From positions 98,706,001-98,770,000 of the forward strand of contig NC_086108.1 of assembly GCF_963921235.1 (NCBI RefSeq): 64,000 nucleotides of DNA, given 5' to 3'. The notes under the pieces were generated by a model that was given only the letters and a program-made list of their open reading frames with translations, ran no database searches and had not been told where the DNA came from. Numbering within the stretch: the first letter of the stretch is position 1; each line of letters begins with the position of its first letter. The DNA comes from Mobula hypostoma (lineage: Eukaryota). Positions 23,669 to 36,501 of this stretch are shown in pieces. A program made the position numbers and the translations under genes.

Positions 23669-23894
23669 TGATAGGTGGAGCACAATGAGACAGAAGTGGC
23701 AGCAAAACAGGTAATAATGAGAAACAGGTGAGAGATGGCGTACTCAGTAATACAGGGGCCGGAGTAGAGCAGGAGCGGGGACAGGAGCACATGGGGCATG
23801 AAAACAAACAAGATCACATGACAATACAAAACCACAGACTGACAACTAGGGGGAAAACACACAAAAGGACAGAGTTCAACTGGAGGTACTGACA
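23669..23894 (-). mobile_element. Solo LTR, left part (inverted)
   Basis: The minus strand starts TGTCAG at 23894 and ends at the hAT TSD. The partner segment is 28779-29070. Confidence 0.65.
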
Positions 23895-25318
23895 AGGACT
23901 GGAAAATCGCAAATGTCACTCCACATTTTAAGAAAGGAAATTACAGGCCAGTTAGTCTGACTTCAGTGGTTGGGAAGATGTTGGAGTCAATTGCAAAGGA
24001 TGAGTTTATGGAGTACTTGGTGATACAGGACAAAATAGGACAAAGTTGGTATGGTTTCCTTAAGGGAAAACCCCGCCTGATGAACTTGTTGGAACTCTGA
24101 GGATTTTACAAGTAGGATAGATAAAGGGGATGCAGAGGATGTTGTATATTTGGACTTCCAGAAGGCCTTTGACAAGATGCCACACATGAGGCTGCTTACC
24201 TAGGTGAGAGCCCATGGTATTACAGGGAAGTTACTAGCATGGTTAGAGCATTGGCTGATTGGTAGGAGCCAGCGAGTGGGAATAAAAGGATCCTTTTTTG
24301 ATTGGCTGTCAGTGACTAGTGACGTTCTGCAGAGACTGGTGTTGCGAATGCTACTTTTTATGCTGTATATCAATGATTTAGATGATGGAATAGATAGCTT
24401 TGTTTCCAATTTTGCAGATGATATGAAGACTGGTGGAGGGGTAGGTCACGTTAAGGAAACAGGAAGGCTGCAGAAGAACTTAGATTGGAAGAATGGGCAA
24501 GGAAATGGCAAATGAAATACAATGTAGGAAAATGCATGGTCATGCACTTTGGTAGAAGAAATAAAAGTGTAGACTATTATCTAAATGGGGAGAAAATCCA
24601 AAAATCTGAGATGTAAAGGGCCTTGTGAGTCCTTGTACAGAACATTTTAAAGGGTGAGTCTGTTGTGAGGAAGGCAAACACTATGTTCACATTTATTTCA
24701 AGATGTCTGGAATATAAGAGCAGGAATGTGATGCTGAGGCTTTATAAGGCACTGATGAGACCTCACTTTGAGTATTGTGAACAGTTTTGGGCTCCTTATC
24801 TGAGAAAAGATGTGCTGGCATTGGAGAAGGTTCACTAGAATGATCTAGGAATAAAAAGATTATTATTTGAGTAATGTTTGATGGCTCTAGGCCTGTACTC
24901 GCTGGAATTTTGAAGGATCGGGGGGGGGGGGATCTCACTGAAACCTTCTGAATGTTGGAAGGCCTAGAGTGCAGAAGTGGAAAGGATGTTTCCCATGGTG
25001 AGGGAATCTAGGAAAAGAGGGCACAGCCTCAGGATAGAGAGGCATCCATTTAAAACAGAGATGCAGAGAGATTTTTTTTAGCCAGAGGGTGGTGAATTTG
25101 TGGAATTTGTTACTACAGGCAGCTGTGAAGGCGAGATCATTGGGTGTATTTAAGGTGGAATTTGATAGGTTTGTGATTTGCCATGGCATCAAAGGTTATG
25201 GAGAAAAGGCCAGGGGAGTGGGGGTAGGAGAGAAAAAAGGGATCAGCCATGATTGAATGGTGGAGCAGGCTCGATAGGCCAAATGCCCTAGTTCTGGTCC
25301 TAGGTCTTGCGGTCTTAC
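23895..25318 (+). pseudogene. Old CR1, 3' half of ORF2 and 3' UTR
   Basis: Begins DWKIANVTP, directly continuing ...DSGMVLED of the minus-strand half ending at 29071. It contains FQKAFDK and FADD remnants. Confidence 0.88.
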
Positions 25319-25739
25319 AAACGTTTGTATATGTTAATTGGTCACATGGAGGTAATTGAGTGGTGTGGGCTCATTGGGCCAGAAGGCCTGTTATGGTGTA
25401 TTTCTAAATAAAAATAAATTTGAAAAATAACTTCGAGGTATTTGTTCTGTGAGCTACAGTACAGCAAAAACAAGTGTATTATAACATCGTAGAGTAATCT
25501 CATACAGCACAAGGGATAGATAGCTATGGACTTAATGCAGGTAAGTAGGACCAGTGCAGAAGGATGTAATGGGTGCACATGGACAGTCAAAGTGTTCCTT
25601 CAGAAGTCAGGAAACAGGCTCTAAACTTGTTGCTTTACAATCATTTTATTGAGCATTAATAGAACAAAGAAAATTGAGAAATGGACAGTAACAGGAGCAG
25701 AAGGGAGTTTGAGGAGATTTGATCTGTTGCCAAAGAGAC

Positions 25740-26680
25740 TTGCAAATTTCTACAGATGTACTGTGGAGAGTATTCCAACTGGCTGCATCATTATCTGATA
25801 TGGGTGGGGTGGGTGGCTACCACACAGGATCAAAATAAGCTGCAGTGTTGTAAATTTAGTTAGCTCCATCTTGGGCACTAGCTTCCATAGTATCCAGGAT
25901 ATCTTCAAAGAGCGATGCCTCAGAAAGGTGGCATCCATCATTAATGTCCCCCATCACTCAGGTCATGCCTTGTTACCATCAGGTAGGAGGTACAGGAGCC
26001 TGAGGCACACACTCAACGATTCAGGAACAGCTTCTTCCCCTCTGCCATCTGATTTCTGAACGGACACTACCTCACTACCTTTTATCAGGTCTTTGTTCTT
26101 TTTATCAGGTCTTTTTAACAGAACCAACAAACTCATTCATAAGGCCAGTGATGGAACTGGACTCTCTGACAGTGGTGTCTGAAAAGAGGATGCTGTCCAA
26201 GTTGCATGCCATCTTGGACAATGTCTCCCATCCACTACATAATGTACTGGCTGGGCACAGGAGTACATTCAGCCAGAGACTCATTCCACCGAGATGCAAC
26301 ACAGAGCGTCATAGGAAGTCATTCCTGCCTGTGGCCATAAAACTTTACAACTCCTCCCTTGGAGGTTCAGACACCCTGAGCCAATAGGCTGGTCCTGGAC
26401 ATTTCATAATTTCCTGGCATAATTTACATATTACTATTTAATTATTTATGGTTTTATTACTATTTAATTATTTATGGTGCAACTGTAATGAAAACCAATT
26501 TCCCTCGGGATCAATAATGACTATGACTATGACTATTTGTATTTTTTGCTCTAGTTATTTAATTTACCTGTTTTATATATACACACTTACTGCAATTCAC
26601 AGTTTCTTTTCCTATTATTATGTATTGCATTGTACTACTGCTGCAAAGACGACAAATTTCACAACATATGCCAGTTGATC
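25740..26680 (+). mobile_element. Old Rex1/Babar 3' fragment with a younger Rex1/Babar fragment (26117-26537) inserted
   Basis: FYRCTVESI..GCI and SIQDIFKERCLRKVASII belong to the old element. ORF 26148..26387 plus an (atgact)n tail belong to the young one. Confidence 0.75.
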
Positions 26681-26910
26681 CTGATCCGGAAGTAAAAAGA
26701 GAAAAGATAGCATCACTGCACGGCCAGCCGTTTTATGGAGGCCCTCGTTGGTCAGGGTCGATTGTGGATATTGTGTCCCAGCTGTCTATGTGATACACAA
26801 GCCAGGGCAGTACGATATAGAGAGCAAGCTTTTGCCAATGCAGCAGAGAAGTTTCCTGAGCGTTCCAGAATACAAAGAGCTGTAACCACCAGGGACACAC
26901 TGAACAACTG

Positions 26911-28212
26911 CATGGATTTGTGAAAGGAAAATCATGTCTGACGAATCTCATAGAATTTTTTGAGGATGTAACTAGTAGAGTGGATAGGGGAGAACCAGTG
27001 GATGTGGTATATTTGGATCTTCAAAAGGCTTTTGACAAGGTCCCACACAGGAGATTAGTGGGCAAACTTAAAGCACATGGTATTGGGGGTAAGGTATTGG
27101 TGTGGGTGGAGAATTGGTTAGCAGACAGGAAGCAAAGAGTGAGAACAAACGGGACCTTTTCAGAATGGCAGGCGGTGACTAGTGGGGTACCGCAAGGCTC
27201 AGTGCTGGGACCCCAGTTGTTTACAATATATATTAATTACTTGGATGAGGGAATTAAATGCAGCATCTCCAAGTTTGCGGATGACACGGAGCTGGGTGGC
27301 AGTGTTAGCAGTGAGGAGGATGCTAAGAGGATGCAGGGTGACTTGGGTAGGTTGGGTGAGTGGGCAAACTCATGGCAGATGCAATTTAATGTGGATAAAT
27401 GTGAAGTTATCCACTTTGGTGGCAAAAATAGGAAAACAGATTATTATCTGAATGGTGGCCGATTAGGAAAAGGGGAGGTGCAACGAGACCTGGGTGTCAT
27501 TATACACCAGTCATTGAAAGTGGGCATGCAGGTACAGCAGGCGGTGAAAAAGGCGAATGGTATGCTGGCATTTATAGTGAGAGGATTCGAGTACAGGAGC
27601 AGGGAGGTACTACTGCAGTTGTACAAGGCCTTGGTGAGACCACACCTGGAGTATTGTGTGCAGTTTTGGTCCCCTAATCTGAGGAAAGACATCTTTGCCA
27701 TAGAGGGAGTACAAAGAAGGTTCACCAGATTGATTCCTGGGATGGCAGGACTTTCATATGAAGAAAGACTGGATGAACTGGGCTTGTACTCATTGGAATT
27801 TAGAAGATTGAGGGGGGATCTGATTGAAACGTATAAGATCCTAAAGGGATTGGACAGGCTGGATGCAGGAAGATTGTTCCCGATGTTGGGGAAGTCCAGA
27901 ACGAGGGGCCACCTTTTGAGGATAGAGGGGAAGCCTTTTAGGACCGAGATTAGGAAAAACTTCTTCACACAGAGAGTGGTGAATCTGTGGAATTCTCTGC
28001 CACAGGAAACTGTTGAGGCCAGTTCATTGGCTATATTTAAGAGGGAGTTAGATATGGCCCTTGTGGCTACGGGGGTCAGGGGGTATGGAGGGAAGGCTGG
28101 GGCGGGGTTCTGAGTTGGATGATCAGCCATGATCATAATAAATGGCGGTGCAGGCTCGAAGGGGCGAATGGCCTACTCCTGCACCTATTTTCTATGTTTC
28201 TATGTTTCTATG
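26911..28212 (+). mobile_element. Young CR1 (subfamily A), 3' half of ORF2 and tail
   Basis: ORF 26920..28113 (HGFVKGKSCL...FADD...) and a (TTTCTATG)n tail. It complements the half at 20681-23052. Confidence 0.93.
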
Positions 28213-28778
28213 TTTATGTACATCTATCAGCCTGTCAGCAAGAACGATCACACGGCGAGTTGAAGAAATGTCAGCAGATGTTAAAAGTTGTTTAAGGGAT
28301 GCCTGCAAGGAATTACATTTTTTTTCAATTGCACTTGATGAGAGTACAGACTTGAGAGGGACTGCTCAACTTGCAGTGTTTGTGTGAGGAGTGACCTCAA
28401 CTTCTCAAGTTTTTTAAGAGTTTATTCAATTAATTCCTATGAAGGACACAGTTACTGGAGCAGACATTTTTGAAGCTTTGCTGAAAATGATGTCAGAAAT
28501 GAAACTTAATGTGTCGAAGCTAATTGGCATCTCAACTGATGGGGCACCAGCAATGATGGGACAGAAAAACTAAGTTCTTTGATCACTAATTGGCATCCTT
28601 GGTTAAGCACAAATGATTTTCTAGCATGTGTTATTCATTAATTTGAGGCAAAACATAACTAGATGTATTTAAGTGGATAATTCCCATATTTCAAGTTTGT
28701 TATGGCATTTATCTGGCCCACCGTCTGCTCATTAATACGTGATCCGGCCCACAGAGGCAAAAAGGTTGCCGACCCCTG
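28213..28778 (+). mobile_element. hAT transposon, right part
   Basis: TSISLSARTITRRVEEMS...FSIALDESTD..TAQLAVF and STDGAPAM motifs. TIR aggttgccgacccctg at 28763-28778, followed by the 8-bp TSD accgatca. Confidence 0.88.
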
Positions 28779-29070
28779 ACCGATCATCTGTCTCTCTGTT
28801 TATTGCTCAGTGTATTTTAGTCCTGTGTTTTCACCTGTTTGTTGCCAGATTGTGCTAGTGAGTTTTTCTGAGCCTTTCCAGCATTTGTATGTGAACTCTG
28901 TCCGTCCGAATATCGACTCTGCCTGTTTTCTGGTTCTGGTTTTTGGATTTCTCTGGAACCTTTGATCTCCGCCTGAACTTTGATGCTGACTTTGTTGCCT
29001 CTCCGGATTTGCTACTCAAGAAATATCATAGTGTGGTCTGTGGTTGGATCCCAGCTTCAGCGTCCTGATA
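28779..29070 (+). mobile_element. Solo LTR, right part
   Basis: Ends ...cctgata (a decayed TGACA) followed by atcct, which matches the other TSD copy (gtcct, reverse complement of 23895-23899). Confidence 0.6.
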
Positions 29071-30142
29071 ATCCTCCAGAACCATGCCAGAGTCCAATGA
29101 TTCTTGAGAGATCATTACTAATACCTCCATAATCTGCTACCTCTTTCAGAACCCTAGGGTGCAGTTCATCTGTTCTGGGTGACTTGTGCACCTGTAGGTC
29201 TTTCAGCTTTTTGAGGACCTTCTCCCTCGTAAAAATAACTGCACTCACTTCTCTTCTCTCATGCCCTTCAACACCTGGCACACTGCTGGTGTCTTCCACA
29301 GTGAAGGCTGATGCTAAATGCTCATTTTGTTCATCTGCCACATTATTATTCCTCCAGCCTCATTTTCTAGGGAGCCTATTTCCATTCTCATCTCTCTTTT
29401 ATTTTTTATAGACTTGAAAAAGCTTTTTTTATCCACCTTGATATTGTTTGCTAGCTTGCTTTCATAGTTCATCTTTTCCCTCCTAATGATTTCCCTCCTA
29501 GTTGCTTTCTGTAGGATTCTAAAACTTTCCCAGTCCTTTATCTTCCTGCTAATTTTTGTTTTGTTGTATGCCCTCTTTTTTGACTTTACATTAGCTTTGA
29601 CTTCCTTTGTCAGCCACAGTTGTACTATTTTGCCATTTGAGTATTTCTTTGTTTTTGGAATACATCTATCCTGCACCTTCCTCATTTTTCCCAGAAACTC
29701 AAGCCATTGCTGCTCTGCTGACATCCCTGCCAGCAGCTCCCTCCAATTTACTTTGGCCAACTCCTCTCTCACACCACTGTAATTTCCTTTACTCCACTGA
29801 AATATTGCTACCTCAGACTTTACTTTCACCCTATCAAATTTCAAGTTGAACTCAATCATATTGTAATCACTGCCTCCCAAAAGGTTTACGTTAAGCTCCC
29901 TAATGGCCTCCAGTTCATTACTTAACACCCGATCCAGTATAGCTGAAACCCTAGTTGGCTCAACAACAAACTGCTCTAAAAAGCCATCTCATAGGCATTC
30001 AACAAATGCACTCTCTTGACATCCATTTACCAAACTGATTAAAATCTGCCTGCATGTTAAAATCTCCCATGACTATCATAATACTGCCCCTTTGACATAT
30101 CTTTTCTATTTCCCATTGTATACTGTAGTCCATATCCAAGCT

Positions 30143-30457
30143 GTGTGGGCATGTGGCCAAGTGGTTAAGGCATTGGACTAGCTACGTGAAGGTCGTGAGT
30201 TCGAGCCCCAGCCGAGGCCACGTGTTGTGTTCTTGAGCAAGGCACTTAATCACACATTGCTCTGCGACGACACTGGTGCCCAGCTGTATGGGTCCTAATG
30301 CCCTTCCCTTGGACAACATTGGTGTTGTGGAGAGGGGAGACTTGCAGCATGGGCAACTGCTGGTCTTCCATACAACCTTGCCCAGGCCTGCGCCCTGGAG
30401 AGTGAAGACTTTCCAGGCGCAGATCCATGGTCTCGCAAGACTAACGGATGCCTTTAC
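30143..30457 (+). mobile_element. tRNA-derived SINE
   Basis: A box TGGCCAAGTGG, B box GAGTTCGAGCC, and a 10-bp TSD tatccaagct (30133-30142 / 30458-30467). Confidence 0.85.
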
Positions 30458-31129
30458 TATCCAAGCTATTGCTGGGAGGCCCTGCAGTTTCTTAACTCAA
30501 CCCACAAGGATTCAGCATCTTCCAATCCTATGTCACATCTTTCTAATGATTTGATGTTTCTTTACCAGCAGAGCCACACCACTCCCTCTGCCTATACCTT
30601 TCCATCCCTCTGATATAACATGTAACCTTGGACATTCAGCTCCCAACTACAACCATTCTTCAGCTACGATTCAGTGACAGCCACAACATCATACCCAACA
30701 ATCTGCAAAAGCGTAACGAGATCATCCACCTTATTCCTTATACTCTGTGCATTGAGATATAACACTTTGAGTACTGTATTTGCTACCCTTTTTGATTCTT
30801 CAAGTCTAATGCACTGATACACACGCTGATGGCTGCAATTTTGTCCTATCATCTGCCTGCCCTTCCTAACAGTCTGAAGGCACACTTCCTTTGATTTTTT
30901 TACCATCTGTCCTGTCCTGAGTCCCTTCACTCTTGATCCCACCCCCCCGCCAAATTAGTTTAAACCCTCCCCAACAGCTGTAACAAACCAGCCCTCAAGA
31001 GTATTAGTCCCCCCTCGGGTTCAGGTGCAACCCATCCCTTTTGTGCAGGTTATGCCTCCCCCAGAAGAGATCCCAATGATCCAGGAACCTGAAGCCCTGC
31101 CCCCTGCACCAGCTTCTCAGCCACGCATT

Positions 31130-31313
31130 TATCTGCCAAATCATCCTGTTTTTACCCTCGCTGGTGCGTGGCACAGGTAGCAATCCAGAAATTACTACCT
31201 GGGAAATTCCTGCTTCTCAGCTATCTGCCAAATCATCCTGTTTTTACCCTCGCTGGTGCGTGGCACAGGTAGCAATCCAGAAATTACTACCTGGGAAATT
31301 CCTGCTTCTCAGC
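31130..31313. repeat. 92-bp direct tandem duplication
   Basis: tatctgccaaatcatcctg...cctgcttctcagct occurs twice with period 92; the ORFs starting at 31164 and 31256 begin identically. Confidence 0.9.
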
Positions 31314-32179
31314 TTTCTGCCAAGCCCTCTAAATTCTCTCTTCAGAACCTTTTTGCTTTTCCTTCCTATGTCATTGGTAGCAATATGTGCCAAGACATCT
31401 GTCCCTCCCGCTCCAAAATGTTGCGGAGCGATCCGAGACGTCCCTGGCACCTGGGAGGCAACATACCACCGAGTGTCCCGTTCACATCCACAGAATCTCC
31501 TGTCTGTTCCTCTGACTATTGAGTCCCCTATCACTACCGCTCTCCTCATCTCCCTCTTTCCCTTCTGCACCACGGAACCATGCTCAGTGCCAGTAACCTG
31601 GTGTCCGTGGCATTCTCCTGGGAGGTCATCCCCCACAACAGTATCCAAAACTGTATACCTATTATTGAGGGGAACAGAGCAGGGGTGCTCTGTGCTAATT
31701 GCCTATCCATCATCCCATTCCTTCTGACTGCCACCCAGCTACCCACCTCCCTAAGTCAGGGGTATCTACTTCCCTGTAACTCCAATCGATGATCTCCTCA
31801 CTCTCCTGTACAAGCCGAAGTTCATCCAGTTGCTGCTCCAGATCCCTAACTCGGTCTTCAATGAGCTGCACTTCTGCAGATGTAGTTCCCTGGGAGACTC
31901 TGGGTCTCTCAGGACTCCAACATCCAGCATAAAGAATACACAATGGCCACTTAAACTACGCAAAGTACCCCTGATACAGTAAGTAAAAAGGGAAACTTAA
32001 CAGAAACTTTCCCAGAGCCAAGCCTCTTCCGAGCCAAAGCCTCCTTTGAGCCAAAGCCTGACACTCCCACTCTCACCACTGGCCCACTCCCAAAAGTGGC
32101 CACTCCGCTTGTCCCTTCTGTACTTTTATCTACTCCTCGCTCTGCGCTGCTCCCACCACCAACTGGGCCACCGGATTAA

Positions 32180-33335
32180 CCATAGAAACCATAGAAACTA
32201 CAGCACAGAAACAGGCCTTTTGGCCCTTCTTGGCTGTGCCGAACCATTTTCTGCCTACTCCCACTGACCTACACATGGACCATATCCCTCCATACACCTC
32301 CCATTCATGTACCTGCCCAATTTATTCTTAAATGTTAAAAAAGAACCCGCATTTACCAGCTCGTCTGGCAGCTCATTCCATACTCCCACCACTCTCTGTG
32401 TGAAGAAGCCCCCACTAATGTTCCCTTTAAACTTTTCACCCCTCACCCTTAACCCAAGTCCTCTGTTTTTGTTTTCTCCCCTTGCCTCAGTGGAAAAAAC
32501 CTGCTTGCATTCACTCTATCTATACCCATCATAATTTTATATACCTCTATCAAATCTCCCCTCATTCTTCTACGCTCCAGGGAATAAAGTCCTAACCTAT
32601 TCAACCTTTCTCTGTAACTGAGTTTCTCAAGTCCCGGCAACAACCTTGTAAACCTTCTCTGCACTCTTTCAACCTTATTTATATCCTTCCTGTAATTTGG
32701 TGACCAAAACTGAACACAATACTCCAGATTCGGCCTCACCAGTGCCTTATACAACCTCATCATAACATTCCAGCTCTTATACTCAATACTTTGATTAATA
32801 AAGGCTAATGTACCAAAAGCTCTCTTTACGACCCTATCTACCTGTGACGCCACTTTTAGGGAATTTTGTATCTGTATTCCCAGATCCCTCGGTTCCACTG
32901 CACTCCTCAGTGCCTTACCATTAACCCTGTATGTTCTACCTTGGTTTGTCCTTCCAAAGTGCAATACCTCATACTTGTCTGTATTAAACTCTATCTGCCA
33001 TTTTTCAGCCCATTTTTCCAGCTGGTCCAAGTCCCTCTGCAGGCTCTGAAAACCTTCCTCACTGTCTACTACACCTCCAATCTTTGTATCATCAGCAAAT
33101 TTGCTGATCCAATTTACCACATTATCATCCAGATCATTGATATAGATGACAAATAACAATGGACCCAGCACTGATCCCTGTGGCACACCACTAGTCACAG
33201 GCCTCCACTCAGAGAAGCAATTCTCTACTACCACTCTCTGGCTTCTTCCATCGAGCCAATGTCTAATCCAATTTACCACCTCTCCGTGTATACCTAGCGA
33301 CTGAATTTTCCTAACTAACCTCCCATGCGGGACCT
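32180..33335 (-). mobile_element. CR1 (subfamily B), 5'-truncated
   Basis: ORF 32449..33279 contains RT motifs GVPQGSVLGP and FADD, with an (accatagaa)n tail. It is near-identical to 5589-6710. Confidence 0.92.
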
Positions 33336-33638
33336 GTACATTAACCTATACTTCATTAGGAGTTTGAGGAAATTTGGTTTGTCAACTGTAATACTCGGAA
33401 ACTTCTACAAAACTTAACATAGAAGCCATTTTAATCCACATACGCAGCAATTTAAAAGATTAACATCACAAAGAAGCCATTTTAAATTTAACATACAAAG
33501 AAGAGACCCTGTACACACACACTCAGTGACTGAGGAACAGCTTCTTGCTCTCTGCTATCTGATTTCTAAATGGACATTTAACCGATGAACACTACATCAA
33601 TATTTAAATTTTTTTTTTGCACTACTTACTTTAACTTA

Positions 33639-33893
33639 GGCTGGCTGGTGGCACCGCGACATCAGCGCTGGACTCCGGAGCGAAGGTTCCCGAGTTCGAA
33701 CCCAGTCGGGCCACGCCTGGACACGCTTTCCATCCGTGCCGCGTTGAGTGTCGAGCTCGCAACTCGGCCTCGTAAAAAAATACTGCGCTGTGAGAGGGAC
33801 GTGGGGGACCACTCGCAGAATCTTTCCTCCAAGACATCCGCTTGAAAAGTGGTTGCCGAGGCTCTGGCAGAGTATGGCACACAGACAAAACAA
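33639..33893 (+). mobile_element. tRNA-derived SINE (CpG-rich, young)
   Basis: B box GAGTTCGAACC, an A-rich end, and flanking ttaactta direct repeats. Confidence 0.7.
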
Positions 33894-34789
33894 ATTAACT
33901 TAACTATTTAATAGACATATACTTAATGTAACTCAGTTATTTTTCTCTCTACTTATTTATCATGTATTTCATTGTACTGCCACCCGTAAAATTAACAAAT
34001 TGAGTGACATATGCTGGTGATATTAAATCTGATCCTGATTCTGATGTGGGACGAAATTGGAGCACCCAGAGGAAACCCACGTGGTCATGGGGAGAACGTA
34101 CAAACTCCTTACAGATATCGGCGGAATTCAACCCGGTTTTCTGCCGCTGTAATAGTGATACGCTAACCTCTACACTACCATACCTCTCAGCCAGCAGAAA
34201 CATAGCGATCTGAGTGGTCTCCCTCTTAGACACAGATTTATCAACATTGCTTTTAAGATGTTGATGGGGTGATGTTGCAATTAGTAACAACACAAACTAG
34301 AAATAATTTGGAAGTTCCGAGAGCATGGGCAGAAGAGAGGTCTGAGTTGAATTTCTAGCTGGGGTGGTTAAGGTTCATACTGACAGAGTTCCAGACAGCA
34401 GACCAAGGAACCTGAGGTGGAGGAGGCTTGTTACCAATGTGAAAAGATGCACAAAAGTCTAGATTTAAAAGCTGCCAAAACCGAGGTCATAGAGATAAGG
34501 CGGACCACAGAGGGAAGTAGAGTCTTAACAAGGCACTATTTGTTCAAGCTGTGAACGTGGAAGATACAAAGTGTTTAAAACAAGCTCAGACTGAAGGTCA
34601 AGCTCTCTCCTCCCTTTTGTGGGAAAACATTTGAGACAACCTGTCAAGCTCCTACACGAGGTTAAACTTCAGTTGTTTACATTGTGCCATGAACAATAGC
34701 CTGGATGTTTACAATGCCCTCTACCGTAAGAGGGAACAAAGGCCTTCATAGAGATACATTCAAATAAAATTTGATACTGAGCAACATAA

Positions 34790-35462
34790 CATAGAAACAT
34801 AGAAACATAGAAAATAGGTGCAGGAGTAGGCCATTCAGCCCTTCGAGCCTGCACCACCATTCATTATGATCATGGCTGATCATCCAACTCAGAACCCCGC
34901 CCCAGCCTTCCCTCCATACCCCCTGATCCCCGTAGCCACAAGGGCCATATCTAACTCCCTCTCAAATATAGCCAATGAACTGGCCTCAACTGTTTCCTGT
35001 GGCAGAGAATTCCACAGATTCACCACTCTGTGTGTGAAGAAGTTTTTCCTAATCTCGGTCCTAAAAGGCTTCCCCTCTATCCTCAAACTGCGACCCCTCG
35101 TTCTGGACTTCCCCAACATCGGGAACAATCTTCCTGCATCTAGCCTGTCCAATGCCTTTAGGATCTTATACGTTTCAATCAGATCCCCCCTCAATCTTCT
35201 AAATACCAATGAGTACAAGCCCAGTTCATCCAGTCTTTCTTCATATGAAAGTCCTGCCATCCCAGGAATCAATCTGGTGAACCTTCTTTGTACTCCCTCT
35301 ATAGCAAGGATGTCTTTCCTCAGATTAGGGGACCAAAACTGCACACAATACTCCAGGTGTGGTCTCACCAAGGCCTTGTACAACTGCAGTAGTACCTCCC
35401 TGCTCCTGTACTCGAATCCTCTCGCTATAAATGCCAGCATACCATTTGCCTTTTTCACCGCC
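34790..35462 (-). mobile_element. CR1 (subfamily A) 3' fragment
   Basis: ORF 34889..35464 and a (TTTCTATG)n tail. Confidence 0.92.
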
Positions 35463-35829
35463 AATAACAGGATATTGGGACAGACAAGAATATAAAGAAG
35501 GATGAGAGAGGTGGAGAGAGTTCACGGATAGATTATAGAGACAAGGTGGGTGCACATCTATGGAAACCAGTCTTTAAAAAAGGACCAGAAGAGGACAAGG
35601 AAAAGTGGAAGAATAATCCATGAAGTGGAATCTTACTTCATAGTTGTGAAATCTAAACCCTGGCGTTCCCTTCACGACGACATCGAAAGGGAATGCTCAG
35701 CAGAAGAACTGCAGCGATCCAAGATGGCGGATTGCCACCTCTTTCAAGGACAATAAGGGACACGTCAGTGATGCAAGTCCAGCACTGCTGCTACAGTTAA
35801 GGCCGACTTTGTACTTTTGACACGTATCT

Positions 35830-36135
35830 GTGGCGCCACGGTAGTGTATCGGTTGGTGCGATCCGAATTACAGCTGGGGATGTTCCGGGATTTGGAGTTC
35901 AAATCCACCGCCGCTCTGTAAGGAGTCTCTGTACGTCCTCTCCATGTAATGCATGAGTTTTCCCCGGGTGCTCCGGTTTCCTCCCACAGTACAAAGACCT
36001 ACAGGGAAGGGTAATTGGTATTGTAAATTGGCCCGTGATTAGGTTTGGGTTAATTGAGTTTGTTGGGCGTTGCCGGGGCAGCACGGCTCAAAGGGTCTAC
36101 TCCACACTGTATCACTAAATAAAATAATTAAATTA
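35830..36135 (+). mobile_element. V-SINE/HE1-like SINE
   Basis: tRNA-like head (ggagttcaaatcc), V-domain-like ccccgggtgctccggtttcctcccaca and an A-rich tail. Related minus-strand copies lie at ~45545-45790 and ~34045-34180. Confidence 0.7.
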
Positions 36136-36501
36136 AATAACCAAACTGGTGGCACTCATTCAATACTTACCAAGATACATCATTCAAGTGTGCTCGCTAT
36201 GTTAAGTGTACTATACAAATGGAAGATTGAACTTTGGGGACTCCCTGGTACCTGGAGGTTGGAAGAAGAGGTTGATAGAGAAGATGTTGAAGCTGGAAAA
36301 TGTCTTTTCTACTGATGAGTTCGACGTGGGTTGTTCCAAGAGCACTCGCTACACCACCCGGGTGACGGAGGAACCACGTTCAGAGAAAGGTCACGGCGAC
36401 TGGTACCCGCTGAGGTGGAGGACATTTGGCAGCATCTGCGGAAGTTGAAGTGAGCTGAGATCATCACTGGGTCCAGAAGCCCATACGCGTCTCCAATAGT
36501 A

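Larger units (their letters stand above)
29071..32160 (-). pseudogene. Old CR1, 5' half (ORF1 coiled-coil/esterase + APE region)
   Basis: ORF pieces 31710..31943 (DRVRDLEQQLDELR), 31244..31648 (AVVIGDSIVRG), 30664..30942 (LYLNAQSIRNK), 29314..29928 and 29057..29341. Confidence 0.88.

Noticed and set aside
23025..28560. Domesticated GTF2IRD2/ZBED-like host gene
   Set aside because: It has TIRs, a TSD, stops, an internal deletion and a CR1 insertion, so it is a dead hAT transposon.
30146..30220. tRNA gene
   Set aside because: A/B boxes are present, but the sequence continues into a ~300-bp body bounded by a TSD, so it is a SINE head.
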